Assembly (NCBI GenBank): GCA_035632695.1
Contig: DASQGG010000027.1
Coordinates: 2,073-66,072 of the forward strand
Length of the DNA stretch: 64,000 bases
Direction of reading: 5' to 3'
From: Thermoplasmata archaeon
GTDB lineage: Archaea > Thermoplasmatota > Thermoplasmata > RBG-16-68-12
Below are positions 28,483 through 38,076 of this stretch, piece by piece. The notes beneath the pieces were generated by a model. The model saw only the letters and a program-made list of their open reading frames with translations. It ran no database searches and was not told where the DNA came from. Every line of letters starts with the position of its first letter. Within the stretch, counting starts at the first letter, position 1. The position numbers were made by a program, and so were the translations under genes.

Positions 28483-29679
28483 ATGACCGGGTCGGACCGG
28501 GGCCGGGACTTCTACATCGCCACGGAGGACGAGATCCACGCGGGCAAGACCACGGACGTCTACTTCCTTCGGACCCTGGAGGTCCTCAAGAAGGCGGGGA
28601 AGGACCGCACGGTCGTGGACGCGGAGGTGACCACGGGCGGTCTGCCGAACGGCTGGCCCTGGGGCATCCTGGCCGGCGTCGAGGAGGCCGTCCATCTCCT
28701 GAAGGGCAAGGGTACGAGCCTGTGGTCGCTCCCGGAGGGAACCCTGTTCCAGCCGCGCACCCCACGGGGGGTTCCGTTGCCCGTGATGAGCCTCCAGGGC
28801 CCGTACGGTGACTGGGCGCTGTACGAGACGCCCGTCCTGGGCCTGATCTGTCAGACGAGCGGCATCGCGACGAAGGCGGCGCGCCTCCGCAAGCTGGCGA
28901 ACGGCAAGCAGATCTTCTCCTTCGGAGTGCGGCGGATGCACCCGGGGATCGCCCCGCTCATCGAGCGCTCCGTGTACGTGGGCGGGCTGGACGCGATCAC
29001 GACGCCGTTGGGCTCGTCCATCCTCGGCCTACCCGCCATGGGCACCATGCCCCATGCCTTGGTCATCGTCATGGGCGGGCCCCGCGAGGCGTTCCACGCG
29101 GTCCAGAAGTACCTGGAGAAGCGCGTGCCGCGGATCGCCCTCGTGGACACGTACTACGACGAGAAGACGGAGACCCTGCTCGCCCTCGAGGAGATCCCCG
29201 ACCTCGTCGGCGTGCGCCTGGACACGCCTGCGTCCCGGCGCGGTAACTTCCCGCAGATTGTGCGCGAGATCCGGTGGGAGCTTGACGTCCGCGGGCACAA
29301 GGACGTCAAGATCTACGTGTCCGGGAACATCGACGAGAAGACGATCCCCGCGCTCCTGGCCGCGGGGGCCGACGGCTTCGGCATCGGGACGTCCTTGAGC
29401 AACGCCCCGACGATCGACTTCGCCTGCGACATCGTGGAAATCAACGGAACGCCCGTGGCCAAGCGCGGCAAGTTCGGCGCGCGCAAGGAACCCCTGCGAT
29501 GCCCCAAGGACGGCACGTACGAGGTCGGCGTGAGCAAGTGTCCGACGTGCGGGGCGACCATGAAGCCCGCCTACGTTCAGTACCTGGACCGGGGTGAGCC
29601 AGCGGCCGAGCTTCCTTCCCTGGGCGAGATCCGGAGCCGCGTCATCGCCGAGGTGGATCGCGCGGCCCTCGAGACCTAG
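28483..29679 (+). CDS. pncB: Nicotinate phosphoribosyltransferase (archaeal type) with C-terminal zinc ribbon
   Basis: NAPRTase-family core followed by CPKDGTYEVGVSKCPTCG. A TATA-like element (TATATC) lies about 30 nt upstream of the ATG at 28483. Confidence 0.8.
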   Translation: MTGSDRGRDFYIATEDEIHAGKTTDVYFLRTLEVLKKAGKDRTVVDAEVTTGGLPNGWPWGILAGVEEAVHLLKGKGTSLWSLPEGTLFQPRTPRGVPLPVMSLQGPYGDWALYETPVLGLICQTSGIATKAARLRKLANGKQIFSFGVRRMHPGIAPLIERSVYVGGLDAITTPLGSSILGLPAMGTMPHALVIVMGGPREAFHAVQKYLEKRVPRIALVDTYYDEKTETLLALEEIPDLVGVRLDTPASRRGNFPQIVREIRWELDVRGHKDVKIYVSGNIDEKTIPALLAAGADGFGIGTSLSNAPTIDFACDIVEINGTPVAKRGKFGARKEPLRCPKDGTYEVGVSKCPTCGATMKPAYVQYLDRGEPAAELPSLGEIRSRVIAEVDRAALET

Positions 29680-29717
29680 GCGCGCCCTTTATCGGGCCGC
29701 AGGCGCCTTTCGGCATC

Positions 29718-30398
29718 GTGGCCCTCGCGACGAAGGCGGAGGTTCGCGCGACCTACGAGCGCATCGCGGAGCCCTTCGCCGCCTCGCGCGAGGAGCCGTG
29801 GCCCGAGGTTCTCCAGTTCGGATCCTCCCTGCCCGAGGCCGCGCGGATCGCGGACGTGGGCTGCGGCAACGGCCGCCATGCGCGCACCTTGGCCTCCACG
29901 GGCCGTTCCATCGTGGCCGTCGACTTCGCCCGCAACCTCCTCCTGATTGGACGTCGCGGCTCCCGCGGTCGCGTCTGGGGCGCGCACATCGCCTGGATCC
30001 AGGCGGAGGCCACCACGTTGCCCCTGCGCGACGGGTGCATGGATGCCGCCATCTGCGTCGCCGTGCTGCACCATCTCCCGACCGTCGGGGAGCGGGTCCG
30101 CGCGCTCCGCGAGCTCCGCCGCATCGTGGCCTCGCGGGGTCGCGTGTTCGTGAGCGTGTGGGCGCTGGACCAGCCGCGGTTCCGGAAGGCGGTCGACGCG
30201 CGCCGTCAGCTGCCGCGGGAGGTGCAGGGCGACATCGAGGTCCCCTGGACCATGCCCGACGGCGTGGTCATTCCGCGGTACTACCATCTGTTCCAGGAGG
30301 GGGAGCTGGAGCAGTTGATTATCGAATCCGGGCTTCACGGAGAAAGGTTTTTCCGGGGCCCTGGGAACCTGTTCGCCGAGGCATCAGTCCGTGGCTGA
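29718..30398 (+). CDS. Class I SAM-dependent methyltransferase
   Basis: Motif I (IADVGCGNGRHA) and motif post-I/II (AVLHHLP). Confidence 0.7.
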   Translation: MALATKAEVRATYERIAEPFAASREEPWPEVLQFGSSLPEAARIADVGCGNGRHARTLASTGRSIVAVDFARNLLLIGRRGSRGRVWGAHIAWIQAEATTLPLRDGCMDAAICVAVLHHLPTVGERVRALRELRRIVASRGRVFVSVWALDQPRFRKAVDARRQLPREVQGDIEVPWTMPDGVVIPRYYHLFQEGELEQLIIESGLHGERFFRGPGNLFAEASVRG

Positions 30399-30579
30399 CC
30401 TGGGCACGACCATCAACGACTTCCTGACGTCGATTGCCCGGAACCCGGTGTACCTGCTCCTCACCGTGGGGCTCGTCGCGGTCCTCCTCCTCGCCATCGT
30501 CGCGCACCACATCCACAAGATCCGCAGCCAAGAGATTTTCGTCCATCAGGCATGGGGCGCGAACTGGAAAGGACGCTAG
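30391..30579 (+). CDS. Small single-TM protein (hypothetical)
   Basis: 62 aa with one strong TM helix (VYLLLTVGLVAVLLLAIVAHHI). Sits in the otherwise empty gap before gcvH. Confidence 0.25.
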   Translation: MADLGTTINDFLTSIARNPVYLLLTVGLVAVLLLAIVAHHIHKIRSQEIFVHQAWGANWKGR

Positions 30580-30629
30580 CCCGAAATCCTCATAACGGCT
30601 CGGAGTCTTCGTGGCGGCTCGGTGTCGTT

Positions 30630-31013
30630 GTGTCGAAGATCCCCGACGACCTGCGCTACACGAAGAACCATGAGTGGGCCAAGCTCGAGGGGAAGCGCGC
30701 TCGCATGGGCATCACAGACCACGCGCAGAACGAGCTGACGGACGTCGTCTACGTGGAGTTCCCGCCGGTCGGTAAGACGGTCGCCCAGGGCGAGGTCCTC
30801 GGCACCGTGGAGTCCGTGAAGGCCGTGAGCGAGATCTACTCGCCGCTGAGCGGCAAGGTCGCCGAGGTGAACAAGGTCCTCGACGACACGCCGGAGCAGG
30901 TGAACAAGGACCCGTACGGCGCAGGATGGATGGTCCTCCTCGAACTTTCGAACCCCGCGGAGTTCTCGAAGCTCCTCGATGCCGCGGCGTACAAGAAAAT
31001 CGTCGGCGACTGA
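30630..31013 (+). CDS. gcvH: Glycine cleavage system H protein
   Basis: Lipoyl-lysine motif ESVKAVSEIYSPLSGKV and N-terminal LRYTKNHEW. GTG start chosen to give a canonical 127 aa GcvH. Confidence 0.85.
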   Translation: MSKIPDDLRYTKNHEWAKLEGKRARMGITDHAQNELTDVVYVEFPPVGKTVAQGEVLGTVESVKAVSEIYSPLSGKVAEVNKVLDDTPEQVNKDPYGAGWMVLLELSNPAEFSKLLDAAAYKKIVGD

Positions 31014-31065
31014 GTCTGGCATGGCGGTGAGGAATCCTTTTATCGGCCAGCACGGTTTGGCGGCC

Positions 31066-31140
31066 GGGCGCGTCGGCTAGTTTGGACTAGGCTATGGGCC
31101 TTCGGAGCCTAAGACAGGGGTTCGAATCCCCTCGCGCCCG
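31066..31140 (+). tRNA. tRNA-Arg (anticodon TCG)
   Basis: Cloverleaf folded by hand. Acceptor GGGCGCG/CGCGCCC, T-arm AGGGG-TTCGAAT-CCCCT, anticodon stem TGGGC/GCCTA with loop CTTCGGA, discriminator G. CCA is not encoded. Confidence 0.85.
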
Positions 31141-31244
31141 CTACGTTTCGGGGTCGTCGGCCTTTGTCAACGCGGGGTCGTTTGACATTGATAGGCTGAA
31201 ATACCGGATATACACGGTGTCGATCCAGTTCAAGAAGGGCCGGG

Positions 31245-33752
31245 ATGCCTTCCACCGGGGAGTCGCCCCTCGCGCGCTTCGCGAGGGGCATCGTCGAGGG
31301 CGACGGACGGTCGATTGGAACGCCCTCGTTGTCCGACGACGGCTCGGCCGTGGTCCTGTCGATCCTCATGGGCCGTGGCGGCGCGCGAGGCTACGTCTTG
31401 GCGAACGAGGTGGCGGACGAGGTCTCGTTCATCGACCCGGGTAGGATTGACCGGGTGCGGATTCGCAACGAGTCGCGCCGCCGGATCTTCCTCCCGCCCG
31501 GGACGCTCTTGGCGGGGGAGGGGACTGCGTCCCGCGGCATCACCCGCGGCGTCCTCGTGGACCCCCGATCGATGGTGGACGTGGAGGTGAGGTGCGTTCA
31601 CGCCTCGGCCCCCGTCCGGGCCCACGCGCCCCTCGAGCTCGGTGGGTCCGTCGCTCCTCTCCGCGTCCGACAGGCGCTGATGTCGCGCGACCAGGGGCTC
31701 GTGTGGGAGGCGGTTCGTGAGTTCATCGCCACCCGAGCCCCCTCGGTCAGGAACACCGACGATCTCATGGCGGCTCTCGGGATGGCATCCTCCGCCGCGT
31801 CGCTGCCAAGCGCGACGCCGTCCCCTTCGTCTATTCAAGGCGACCCGTGTGGCATGATTGTGCTCGGCGCTGCCGGTGTGGAGGCCATGGAAGTGTTCGA
31901 CGGCCCCGAGCCGTGGGCGCGAGCCTCCCCGGACCTCGCGGACGGGCTCCGGGGTGAGTCCTCCGCCGCGACGTTCCTAACGCATCAGGTTATCGCCGGA
32001 AAGGCGATTGAGCTCGCGAAGGCATGGCTTCTCCGTCTCGCCGAACTCGCGCAGGGTCCCGGGACTCGGCAGACCTGGGTTGCGGCGGATTCCTCGGCGG
32101 AATGGACGGTCCTGGGCGGGGAGGTCATCCATCTCCTCGCCTTCCGTGGGAGTCCTTGGAGCCAGCTCCCGGCCGCGCCGGGTGGCACGCTCGGGGGGGC
32201 AGAGGCTCCGGACGGACTTTCGCAACTGCCACCGGGAATCACTGCACCCGCACCGGGGGAGGGCGATGTCGCGGTCGCCGTGGTCGCCGCATCGGACGCC
32301 GAGGACGACTCGGCGGCTCCCGCGCCCCCGGTCCGCATCCGGCGTCGGAAGGTCCTCACGAGCGGCTGGGACGCATCCACGTTCGGATCCCTGGAGCGCT
32401 TTGCCTCCAAGGAGTTCGGGGGGGACCGGTCCGCGGCGATGCGCTTCCTGGTGAGGCAGGGACTCCTGGGTCGCGGATACTTCGGTCCCCGGGCACCGCC
32501 GTCCTATCACGCCCCTGCCGCATCGCAGGAGGCCCTGGGTGACCCGGGCCAGCTCGAGCCCGACCACGCCACCGTCGAAGCCCGGATTTCCGACTATGGG
32601 AGGATCGCCCAGACCGAGGCGTACGCGGAGTGGCTTCGCGATCGCGCGCGGCAGGAGCTCGCGCGGATGGCCTCCGCTCTGGAGGATCCCGTCCTGCGCG
32701 AGGCTGCGCAGGCGGCGTTGGACCGGCTGCCATCGTCACCACCCGAGCCCGAGTTCCTGGAGACTCCTCCCGCCGAGGCGATTCCTCCCCCGCCTCCCGT
32801 GGACGTGCGTCCGCTCCTGCGGCGCGCCTTCGCCGCAAGCGCTGCCGGTCAGTTCTCGGACGCCCTCCATCTCTTCGACGAGGTGCTTGACGCCGAGCCC
32901 GACCACCGCACCGCGCTCCTCGGCCGCGCGGTCGCCCTGCGGCGGTCCGGGAAGTCCCAGGAGGCGCTCGAAGCGCTGGATCTGGTCCTGCGGCTCGAGC
33001 CCACGAACGCCGCGGCGCTCCTGAACCGCGGGCGCGTCCTGCAGGAGCGCGGGGAGTTCCAGGCCGCCCTGGAAACGTACGACCGGCTCGCGGCGGTCGC
33101 TCCGAACGATTGGGACGTGTGGGTGGCCCGCGGGGACGTCCTGGCCCGGATGGACCGCGAGCCCGAGGCGCTCAACGCATACTCGGAGGCCCAACGGCGC
33201 AACCCCGATGACGAGAGCCTCAAGGCCAAGATCCGCGGCATCGAGAGGGCGAGGGTTCCCCCGCCGACCTCCGCCTCGCGAGTCGCGCTCCCCCGGGACG
33301 TGCAGGAAGGGCAGTCGTACCTAATCCGAGGAGGGCCGCCGGACCTGGGCTACCGGGTCTTCCGCGCGCTCTCCATCCGGTCCGTGCCCTGCCTCTTGGT
33401 CACGCCTCGCGATGCGGACCGGGTGCGGGGCGAGCAGGGACTCGGGGGCGTACGGATCCTCGAGCTGACCACGGAACCCGGCGGAGACCGCGTCCCGCCG
33501 AGCTCGCTCGTCGGGCTGACGAACGCCATCGAGCACTTTCTGACGGTGAACCGCGGCCGAGCCGCCATCCTGCTCGAAGGGTTGTCCCTGCTCGTGGAGA
33601 CCAACGGCTTCCGCGACACGGCGCTGTTCCTGGCCCGCGTGAACGAGTCCATCCTCCCCTCCCAAGGCATCTTCCTGGTGTCCGTCGCACGTGGAGAGCT
33701 GGCCGAGAAGGAGGCCGCCATCCTCGAGCGCGACCTTCGGGTTTTGTCCTGA
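31245..33752 (+). CDS. Large multidomain protein: unknown N-terminal domain, Pro/Ala-rich linker, TPR repeats, C-terminal DUF835
   Basis: 835 aa with about 5 TPR repeats (ALHLFDEVLDAEPDH..., ALEALDLVLRLEPTN..., ALETYDRLAAVAPND..., ALNAYSEAQRRNPDD). The C-terminal 150 aa resemble the archaeal DUF835 domain. Confidence 0.7.
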   Translation: MPSTGESPLARFARGIVEGDGRSIGTPSLSDDGSAVVLSILMGRGGARGYVLANEVADEVSFIDPGRIDRVRIRNESRRRIFLPPGTLLAGEGTASRGITRGVLVDPRSMVDVEVRCVHASAPVRAHAPLELGGSVAPLRVRQALMSRDQGLVWEAVREFIATRAPSVRNTDDLMAALGMASSAASLPSATPSPSSIQGDPCGMIVLGAAGVEAMEVFDGPEPWARASPDLADGLRGESSAATFLTHQVIAGKAIELAKAWLLRLAELAQGPGTRQTWVAADSSAEWTVLGGEVIHLLAFRGSPWSQLPAAPGGTLGGAEAPDGLSQLPPGITAPAPGEGDVAVAVVAASDAEDDSAAPAPPVRIRRRKVLTSGWDASTFGSLERFASKEFGGDRSAAMRFLVRQGLLGRGYFGPRAPPSYHAPAASQEALGDPGQLEPDHATVEARISDYGRIAQTEAYAEWLRDRARQELARMASALEDPVLREAAQAALDRLPSSPPEPEFLETPPAEAIPPPPPVDVRPLLRRAFAASAAGQFSDALHLFDEVLDAEPDHRTALLGRAVALRRSGKSQEALEALDLVLRLEPTNAAALLNRGRVLQERGEFQAALETYDRLAAVAPNDWDVWVARGDVLARMDREPEALNAYSEAQRRNPDDESLKAKIRGIERARVPPPTSASRVALPRDVQEGQSYLIRGGPPDLGYRVFRALSIRSVPCLLVTPRDADRVRGEQGLGGVRILELTTEPGGDRVPPSSLVGLTNAIEHFLTVNRGRAAILLEGLSLLVETNGFRDTALFLARVNESILPSQGIFLVSVARGELAEKEAAILERDLRVLS

Positions 33753-33913
33753 TCCCGCTCGCGACGTCACCCTCATACGCAGGCGCGGACTCCGCCCAAA
33801 CCGGACGGCTCCTTCCCCGAGCTGGGGACGTACGAGAAGCACGGGAAGCTGGATGGCGCGTGGCTGGACACGGCCATCGTGGAGCGCCTGATTCCCGAGA
33901 ACCTCCGCTGACC

Positions 33914-34846
33914 CTACGCCGGCTCGACGTCCTCGAACACGGCGGCCCGATGGCTGGCGGGGAGGAACGCGTACACCCGGTCGCGCGTGGGATCGAACGC
34001 CAGGGTATGCGCGCCACGCTCCGTGGGCCGGGACTCGACGCGGTCCAGGGTCCGCGTGTCGAACACGTCGATGACTCCGGGGTCGCCGATGGCCACGTAC
34101 AGACGGTCGAGGCGTCCGTTGAGGAAGACCACGTCGGGCGCCCCGCTCAGCGGGCGTTCGCCGAGGACTTCGCCGGAGGATCGATTGAGGACGACGAGCT
34201 TCCCGTCGTCGCACGCACAGTACAGGCGGCCGCGGATCGGGTCCAGGTCCAGCCCATGGGGGCCGCCCGCGGGAACGGGCAGGACACGGGCGATGCGGTC
34301 CGGGTGCGGCGCATCGATGACGACGATCTCCGGCGGATCCCGGATGTTCACGTAGAACGCCCGGGTCTTCGAATCGTACAAGGTCCAGCGCGTGCGGCCC
34401 GGGACGGGCAGGTCGGCGAGCATCGCCCTCGCGGCCGTGTCCACCAGGGAGACCGTCGTCGACCTCGGGATGCTGGGATCGCCGACGTTCGCCGCGAGGA
34501 GGAGGCGATGACCCGGGGCGAACGCGAGTCCGTTCGGATGCAGACCCACCTTCACCTTCACCGCGTCGGCCTCCTTCCCCTCCTCGAACAGGCTGACCGT
34601 GTCCTCCCCGCGGTTCGACGTGAAGACGAGGTTCCGGTCCTCGGACACCAGGACGCCCGCGACCCCCTTCAGGCCGGTAGCCGAACGCAGGTAGCGATTC
34701 TCCCGCAGATCGATGATGTCCACGGAGTCGTTCGCGGGGTGGGCCACGTACAGGTGACCCGCGGGGCCGTGGATCGCCGCATGGTCGAAGCCTCCCTCAC
34801 CTCGGTGTGCCGGGAGGTCGACGAAACCGCGGGGTTCGAGGCTCAT
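33914..34846 (-). CDS. Beta-propeller repeat protein (YVTN/YncE-like)
   Basis: Repeated about 40 aa blades (LYVA..., D.V.V.D) characteristic of YVTN beta-propellers. Start at MSLEPRG, overlapping the upstream gene by 4 nt. Confidence 0.7.
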   Translation of the reverse strand: MSLEPRGFVDLPAHRGEGGFDHAAIHGPAGHLYVAHPANDSVDIIDLRENRYLRSATGLKGVAGVLVSEDRNLVFTSNRGEDTVSLFEEGKEADAVKVKVGLHPNGLAFAPGHRLLLAANVGDPSIPRSTTVSLVDTAARAMLADLPVPGRTRWTLYDSKTRAFYVNIRDPPEIVVIDAPHPDRIARVLPVPAGGPHGLDLDPIRGRLYCACDDGKLVVLNRSSGEVLGERPLSGAPDVVFLNGRLDRLYVAIGDPGVIDVFDTRTLDRVESRPTERGAHTLAFDPTRDRVYAFLPASHRAAVFEDVEPA

Positions 34847-35310
34847 CGGGCCGCGTGCTCCAGCTTGCCCTTGCCCTCGACCGTGAGCTTGCTGTATGTG
34901 TAGAGGGCGTCGTACGCGGGGAACTGGAGGCGCATGTTGTCGAAGTCGTCCTTGGCGTTCGTGCGGAACCCTAGGGCCAGCGCCTCGAGACCGGCTCCCT
35001 CGGGCCGCGGTCTTCGAGGAGCCGCATCCGCGGTGCGGACGATCTCCGCCATGCTCAAGAGGGCCGGGTCCGTGAGCCTGTACTTCTTGATGATCGCATC
35101 GAAGCTGCACCGCTCGTCGTCCCCCTCCTTGAAGTGATGGAGCTCCGCGCCGGGCGTGTCGAAGGGGATGGCGCCCTCCGCCTTGGCGACGTCCAAGACC
35201 TTCTCCCGCGGGACGAACAGGAACTCGGCTTCCGGGTCCACGAACCGCGTGATCAACCAGGGGCACGCGATCCGGTCCACCTTGGCCTTCTCTCTGGTCA
35301 CCCATTTCAT
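34843..35310 (-). CDS. ChrB C-terminal-domain-like protein (chromate resistance family)
   Basis: MKWVTREKAKVDRIACPWLITRFVDPEAEF... resembles the Chrome_Resist/ChrB C-terminal domain. Translationally coupled to the propeller gene. Confidence 0.6.
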   Translation of the reverse strand: MKWVTREKAKVDRIACPWLITRFVDPEAEFLFVPREKVLDVAKAEGAIPFDTPGAELHHFKEGDDERCSFDAIIKKYRLTDPALLSMAEIVRTADAAPRRPRPEGAGLEALALGFRTNAKDDFDNMRLQFPAYDALYTYSKLTVEGKGKLEHAAR

Positions 35311-35390
35311 GTGTCTCTCCTCCGTGCGCACCGACGACCGGTCTGCTACTAAAGTCTAACGCCGATTCCGACGCTGCGGCAGAGCCCCCT

Positions 35391-36524
35391 TCAGGGGGCT
35401 CGTTCCCCGTTCTCCTCGGGCGGATGGGTCTTGCGGAAGCTCCGGTAGATTAGGCCGTCGTAGAGGAGCTTGAGGCCCCCGGCAGCGACCAGGGGCGTGC
35501 CGAGCCAGAGGCTCTGAAGCGCGTATCCCGCAATCGAGGGGCTGATGGACGACGCCACCGTGCGCGTCGCGCTCGTGAGTCCCGCCGCGGGGGTGCGGTC
35601 CTCCTCGTCCACGATCGCCATGACGTACGACTGCCGCGTGGGCACGTCCATCTGGGACAGGGACTGGCGGCACAGGAGGAGGGCGACGGCGGTGGCGGGC
35701 GTCGGCGCGAAGGCCACGGCAATCAGGAAGACGTTCGACGGCACGTGGCTGAAGACCATGGTCCGGAGGAGGCCGATTCTCCGCGCGATGCGCTCGGCCA
35801 GGAGGAAGGACAGGGCGGTCACGAGCTGGGTCAAGAAGAAGATGGCACCGAGTTCAGGCATCGGCAGTCCGAATCGGAGGTAGAAGTAGTAGGAGAGGAT
35901 GCTCGACCCGACAAAGCCACCCCCGAAGGCGTCGATCGCGAAGAGGCCGGACAGGCGCAGCACGATCGGCCGGGCTCGGGGCGACAGGACGGACCGCTGC
36001 GCTCGTCCTTCGAGTTCGACCCCTCTGGACAGGGACGCGTAGAGAACCATGCCCACGAGGCCCGAGACCATGTAGCCGAGGAACAGCGGCCGGTACCCCA
36101 CATAGCTCGGGAGTCCCGCGAGCAGCGCGCCGACGGCGGAGGCGCCGTACCCGACGAGGTTGTATACGCTGAAGGCCAGCGTCCTTCGGGAGGCCGAAGT
36201 GGTCCGCGGGAGCATGGCCTGCTCCAGGGAAAGGAAGGGTCCCACCTCCCCGGCGCCCACGGACATGTTCCCGACGATGCCCGCCAAGACGGGGGCCCAC
36301 CAGTCCGTCGAGCTGAACAGGAGCGCGCCCGCCACGCAGTCGGTGAGGGCGAAGAAGACGAGGGTCTTCCGCCGCCCGATCCGGTCGGCCAGAAGACTCA
36401 CGGCGAACGTGTAGAAGGCGCTGCTCAGGACCGTCAGGGTGAGGACGACGCCCACCGCCACAGGGTCGAAGCCGAGCTGGGCCAGGTAGACGCCGAAGAC
36501 CACGCCGAGGAATCCGTACGGCAC
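35391..36524 (-). CDS. MFS transporter
   Basis: 12 predicted TM helices with MFS loop signatures (GRRKTL, ADRIGRR). Confidence 0.8.
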   Translation of the reverse strand: MPYGFLGVVFGVYLAQLGFDPVAVGVVLTLTVLSSAFYTFAVSLLADRIGRRKTLVFFALTDCVAGALLFSSTDWWAPVLAGIVGNMSVGAGEVGPFLSLEQAMLPRTTSASRRTLAFSVYNLVGYGASAVGALLAGLPSYVGYRPLFLGYMVSGLVGMVLYASLSRGVELEGRAQRSVLSPRARPIVLRLSGLFAIDAFGGGFVGSSILSYYFYLRFGLPMPELGAIFFLTQLVTALSFLLAERIARRIGLLRTMVFSHVPSNVFLIAVAFAPTPATAVALLLCRQSLSQMDVPTRQSYVMAIVDEEDRTPAAGLTSATRTVASSISPSIAGYALQSLWLGTPLVAAGGLKLLYDGLIYRSFRKTHPPEENGERAP

Positions 36525-36645
36525 GGTCCGGACGGTCTTCTCCAGGAAGAGGAGCCTGCCATCCCGATTGACCCATGCCGCCGAACCGGACTCCTCCGCC
36601 GTTCCCTCACCCCATCCGACGTCGCCGGCTCCCGCCGCCGAGCCC

Positions 36646-37083
36646 TCAGGCCCTCGGGGTCGGGACCTCGACGCGTTCGAACTCCCGTTCCTCCCACATG
36701 TCGTACGCCGTCGCGGCGGAGGACGCTTGGCTCAGGATCGCGAGGGCCACGACCAGGTGAAGGACGAGGACGACCTCGAGCCCGGGAAGCGACCAGCCGA
36801 GGACGACGACGAGGAACGCGTAGATTCCGAGGACGAACTGGGCCGACGCGAGACTCGCGGTGGATCGGACGATGCGACGGATCCGGTCGGGGATCGCCAT
36901 GCGCTTGATGTGGCTTTGGTGGTAGTGCGCGAGGAAGACGATCGCGAAACCCAGGGCGACGTGGAGGTAGATGCTCCCGGGGAAAACGACCAGGGCGATG
37001 AGTATCTGGACGAACACGATCCAGATTATGGCGTACAACGTCTTCCAGGGAGACCGCGTCTCGGGTTGCGGCGGGACGGCCAA
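36646..37083 (-). CDS. Small polytopic membrane protein (hypothetical); start uncertain
   Basis: About 4 TM helices. The annotated ATG overlaps the upstream secreted-protein gene, so a TTG start near 37083 is proposed. Confidence 0.35.
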   Translation of the reverse strand: MAVPPQPETRSPWKTLYAIIWIVFVQILIALVVFPGSIYLHVALGFAIVFLAHYHQSHIKRMAIPDRIRRIVRSTASLASAQFVLGIYAFLVVVLGWSLPGLEVVLVLHLVVALAILSQASSAATAYDMWEEREFERVEVPTPRA

Positions 37084-37171
37084 CGTACCACCGCGGGTCC
37101 AACGGGCATGCCGTTCATAAAGTCGGCGGGCAGCGGTCCGCGCAGGAAGGAAAAAGGGGGACGGGCCGCCG

Positions 37172-37963
37172 TCACAGCGGCCCGCAGGTGTAGGTGGGGT
37201 GGTTCGGGATTCCGAGGCCATCCGGGCGCTCGGCCCAGAACTTGAACTCGAAGCTTCCCCGGGATTGCGGGTGGATCTCCACGAGGAAGCCGCTCTGGTC
37301 GCCGTTTCCCGAAGCAACGACGTGGTCGGTGAAGGGCATCGTGAGGGCCCACTCCATGGGGTTCGCGGAGCCGTTGACCATGCCGTAGTAGTACAGGACC
37401 TTGAGGAGGTCCGATCCCGAGTTGCGCACCACGGCGGTGGCGTTCAGGCCCGGGTCAATCAGGGACCGGTACCCGGGTTCGTCACGCTCCGCGATCTCGT
37501 GGAGCACGACGGGCCAGTAGTCCGCATCGCCGAGGGCCGCGGTCAGCGTGGCCACGGTCGTCCCCGCCGGGAAGGAGACGCCTTGCGCGGCCAGGAGCGG
37601 GCCGTTCCAGCCGATGTAGTACGACAGGGTGCGCGAGCTCACGACCTCTTCGGCGCCGCAGCCCGCGTAGATCGTGATCTCGTCGGGGACCGTGTTGTTC
37701 GGATTCCGCGCTTCGATGCGGAGCACCGCGGGCACCGGGCGGTTCGCGTTGTTCGCCAGGGTCGCCACGACGCGGAACACCTCGCCGGGAGCCACCGACG
37801 TCGGGACCCCGTCGACGGTCAGCGTGATGGCCTGACCCGTCACCTGGACGGTCCGATTCTCCGTGTTGCTGATCGTGGGCGTGAGCACGCCCATGGCACT
37901 GGCCGCGAGGACGGCCACCAGCAGGACCGTCCACCTTGCCCTGAGTTTCTTTCCAAGACCCAT
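37172..37963 (-). CDS. Secreted protein with N-terminal signal peptide and CARDB/Ig-like beta domain
   Basis: Signal peptide MGLGKKLRARWTVLLVAVLAASAMG followed by beta-rich Thr/Val/Asn-rich sequence resembling CARDB-type adhesion domains. Confidence 0.55.
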   Translation of the reverse strand: MGLGKKLRARWTVLLVAVLAASAMGVLTPTISNTENRTVQVTGQAITLTVDGVPTSVAPGEVFRVVATLANNANRPVPAVLRIEARNPNNTVPDEITIYAGCGAEEVVSSRTLSYYIGWNGPLLAAQGVSFPAGTTVATLTAALGDADYWPVVLHEIAERDEPGYRSLIDPGLNATAVVRNSGSDLLKVLYYYGMVNGSANPMEWALTMPFTDHVVASGNGDQSGFLVEIHPQSRGSFEFKFWAERPDGLGIPNHPTYTCGPL

Positions 37964-38076
37964 CGTTCGCACCTCGCCCGCGCCACCGGCGCAGGACGAG
38001 ACGGCGGATGGCGGCGCGCGTCGGATAAGCCGGCGTCGTACAGCCACCGTGCACGTAGTCGCGCGGCCCCGCCGAC

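Noticed and set aside
31141-31290. Possible att-site or integrase remnant immediately after tRNA-Arg
   Set aside because: Only a 10 nt partial match (CCCCTCGCGC) to the tRNA 3' end occurs at about 31270, and no integrase, transposase or clear direct repeat is visible in the window. The evidence is insufficient to call a mobile element.
33759-33913. Short protein-like frame (…FPELGTYEKHGKLDGAWLDTAIVERLIPENLR) between the TPR-DUF835 gene and the propeller gene
   Set aside because: No start codon gives a product of at least 40 aa and it overlaps the 3' UTR region. It could be a C-terminal gene fragment, but the evidence is too weak to annotate.
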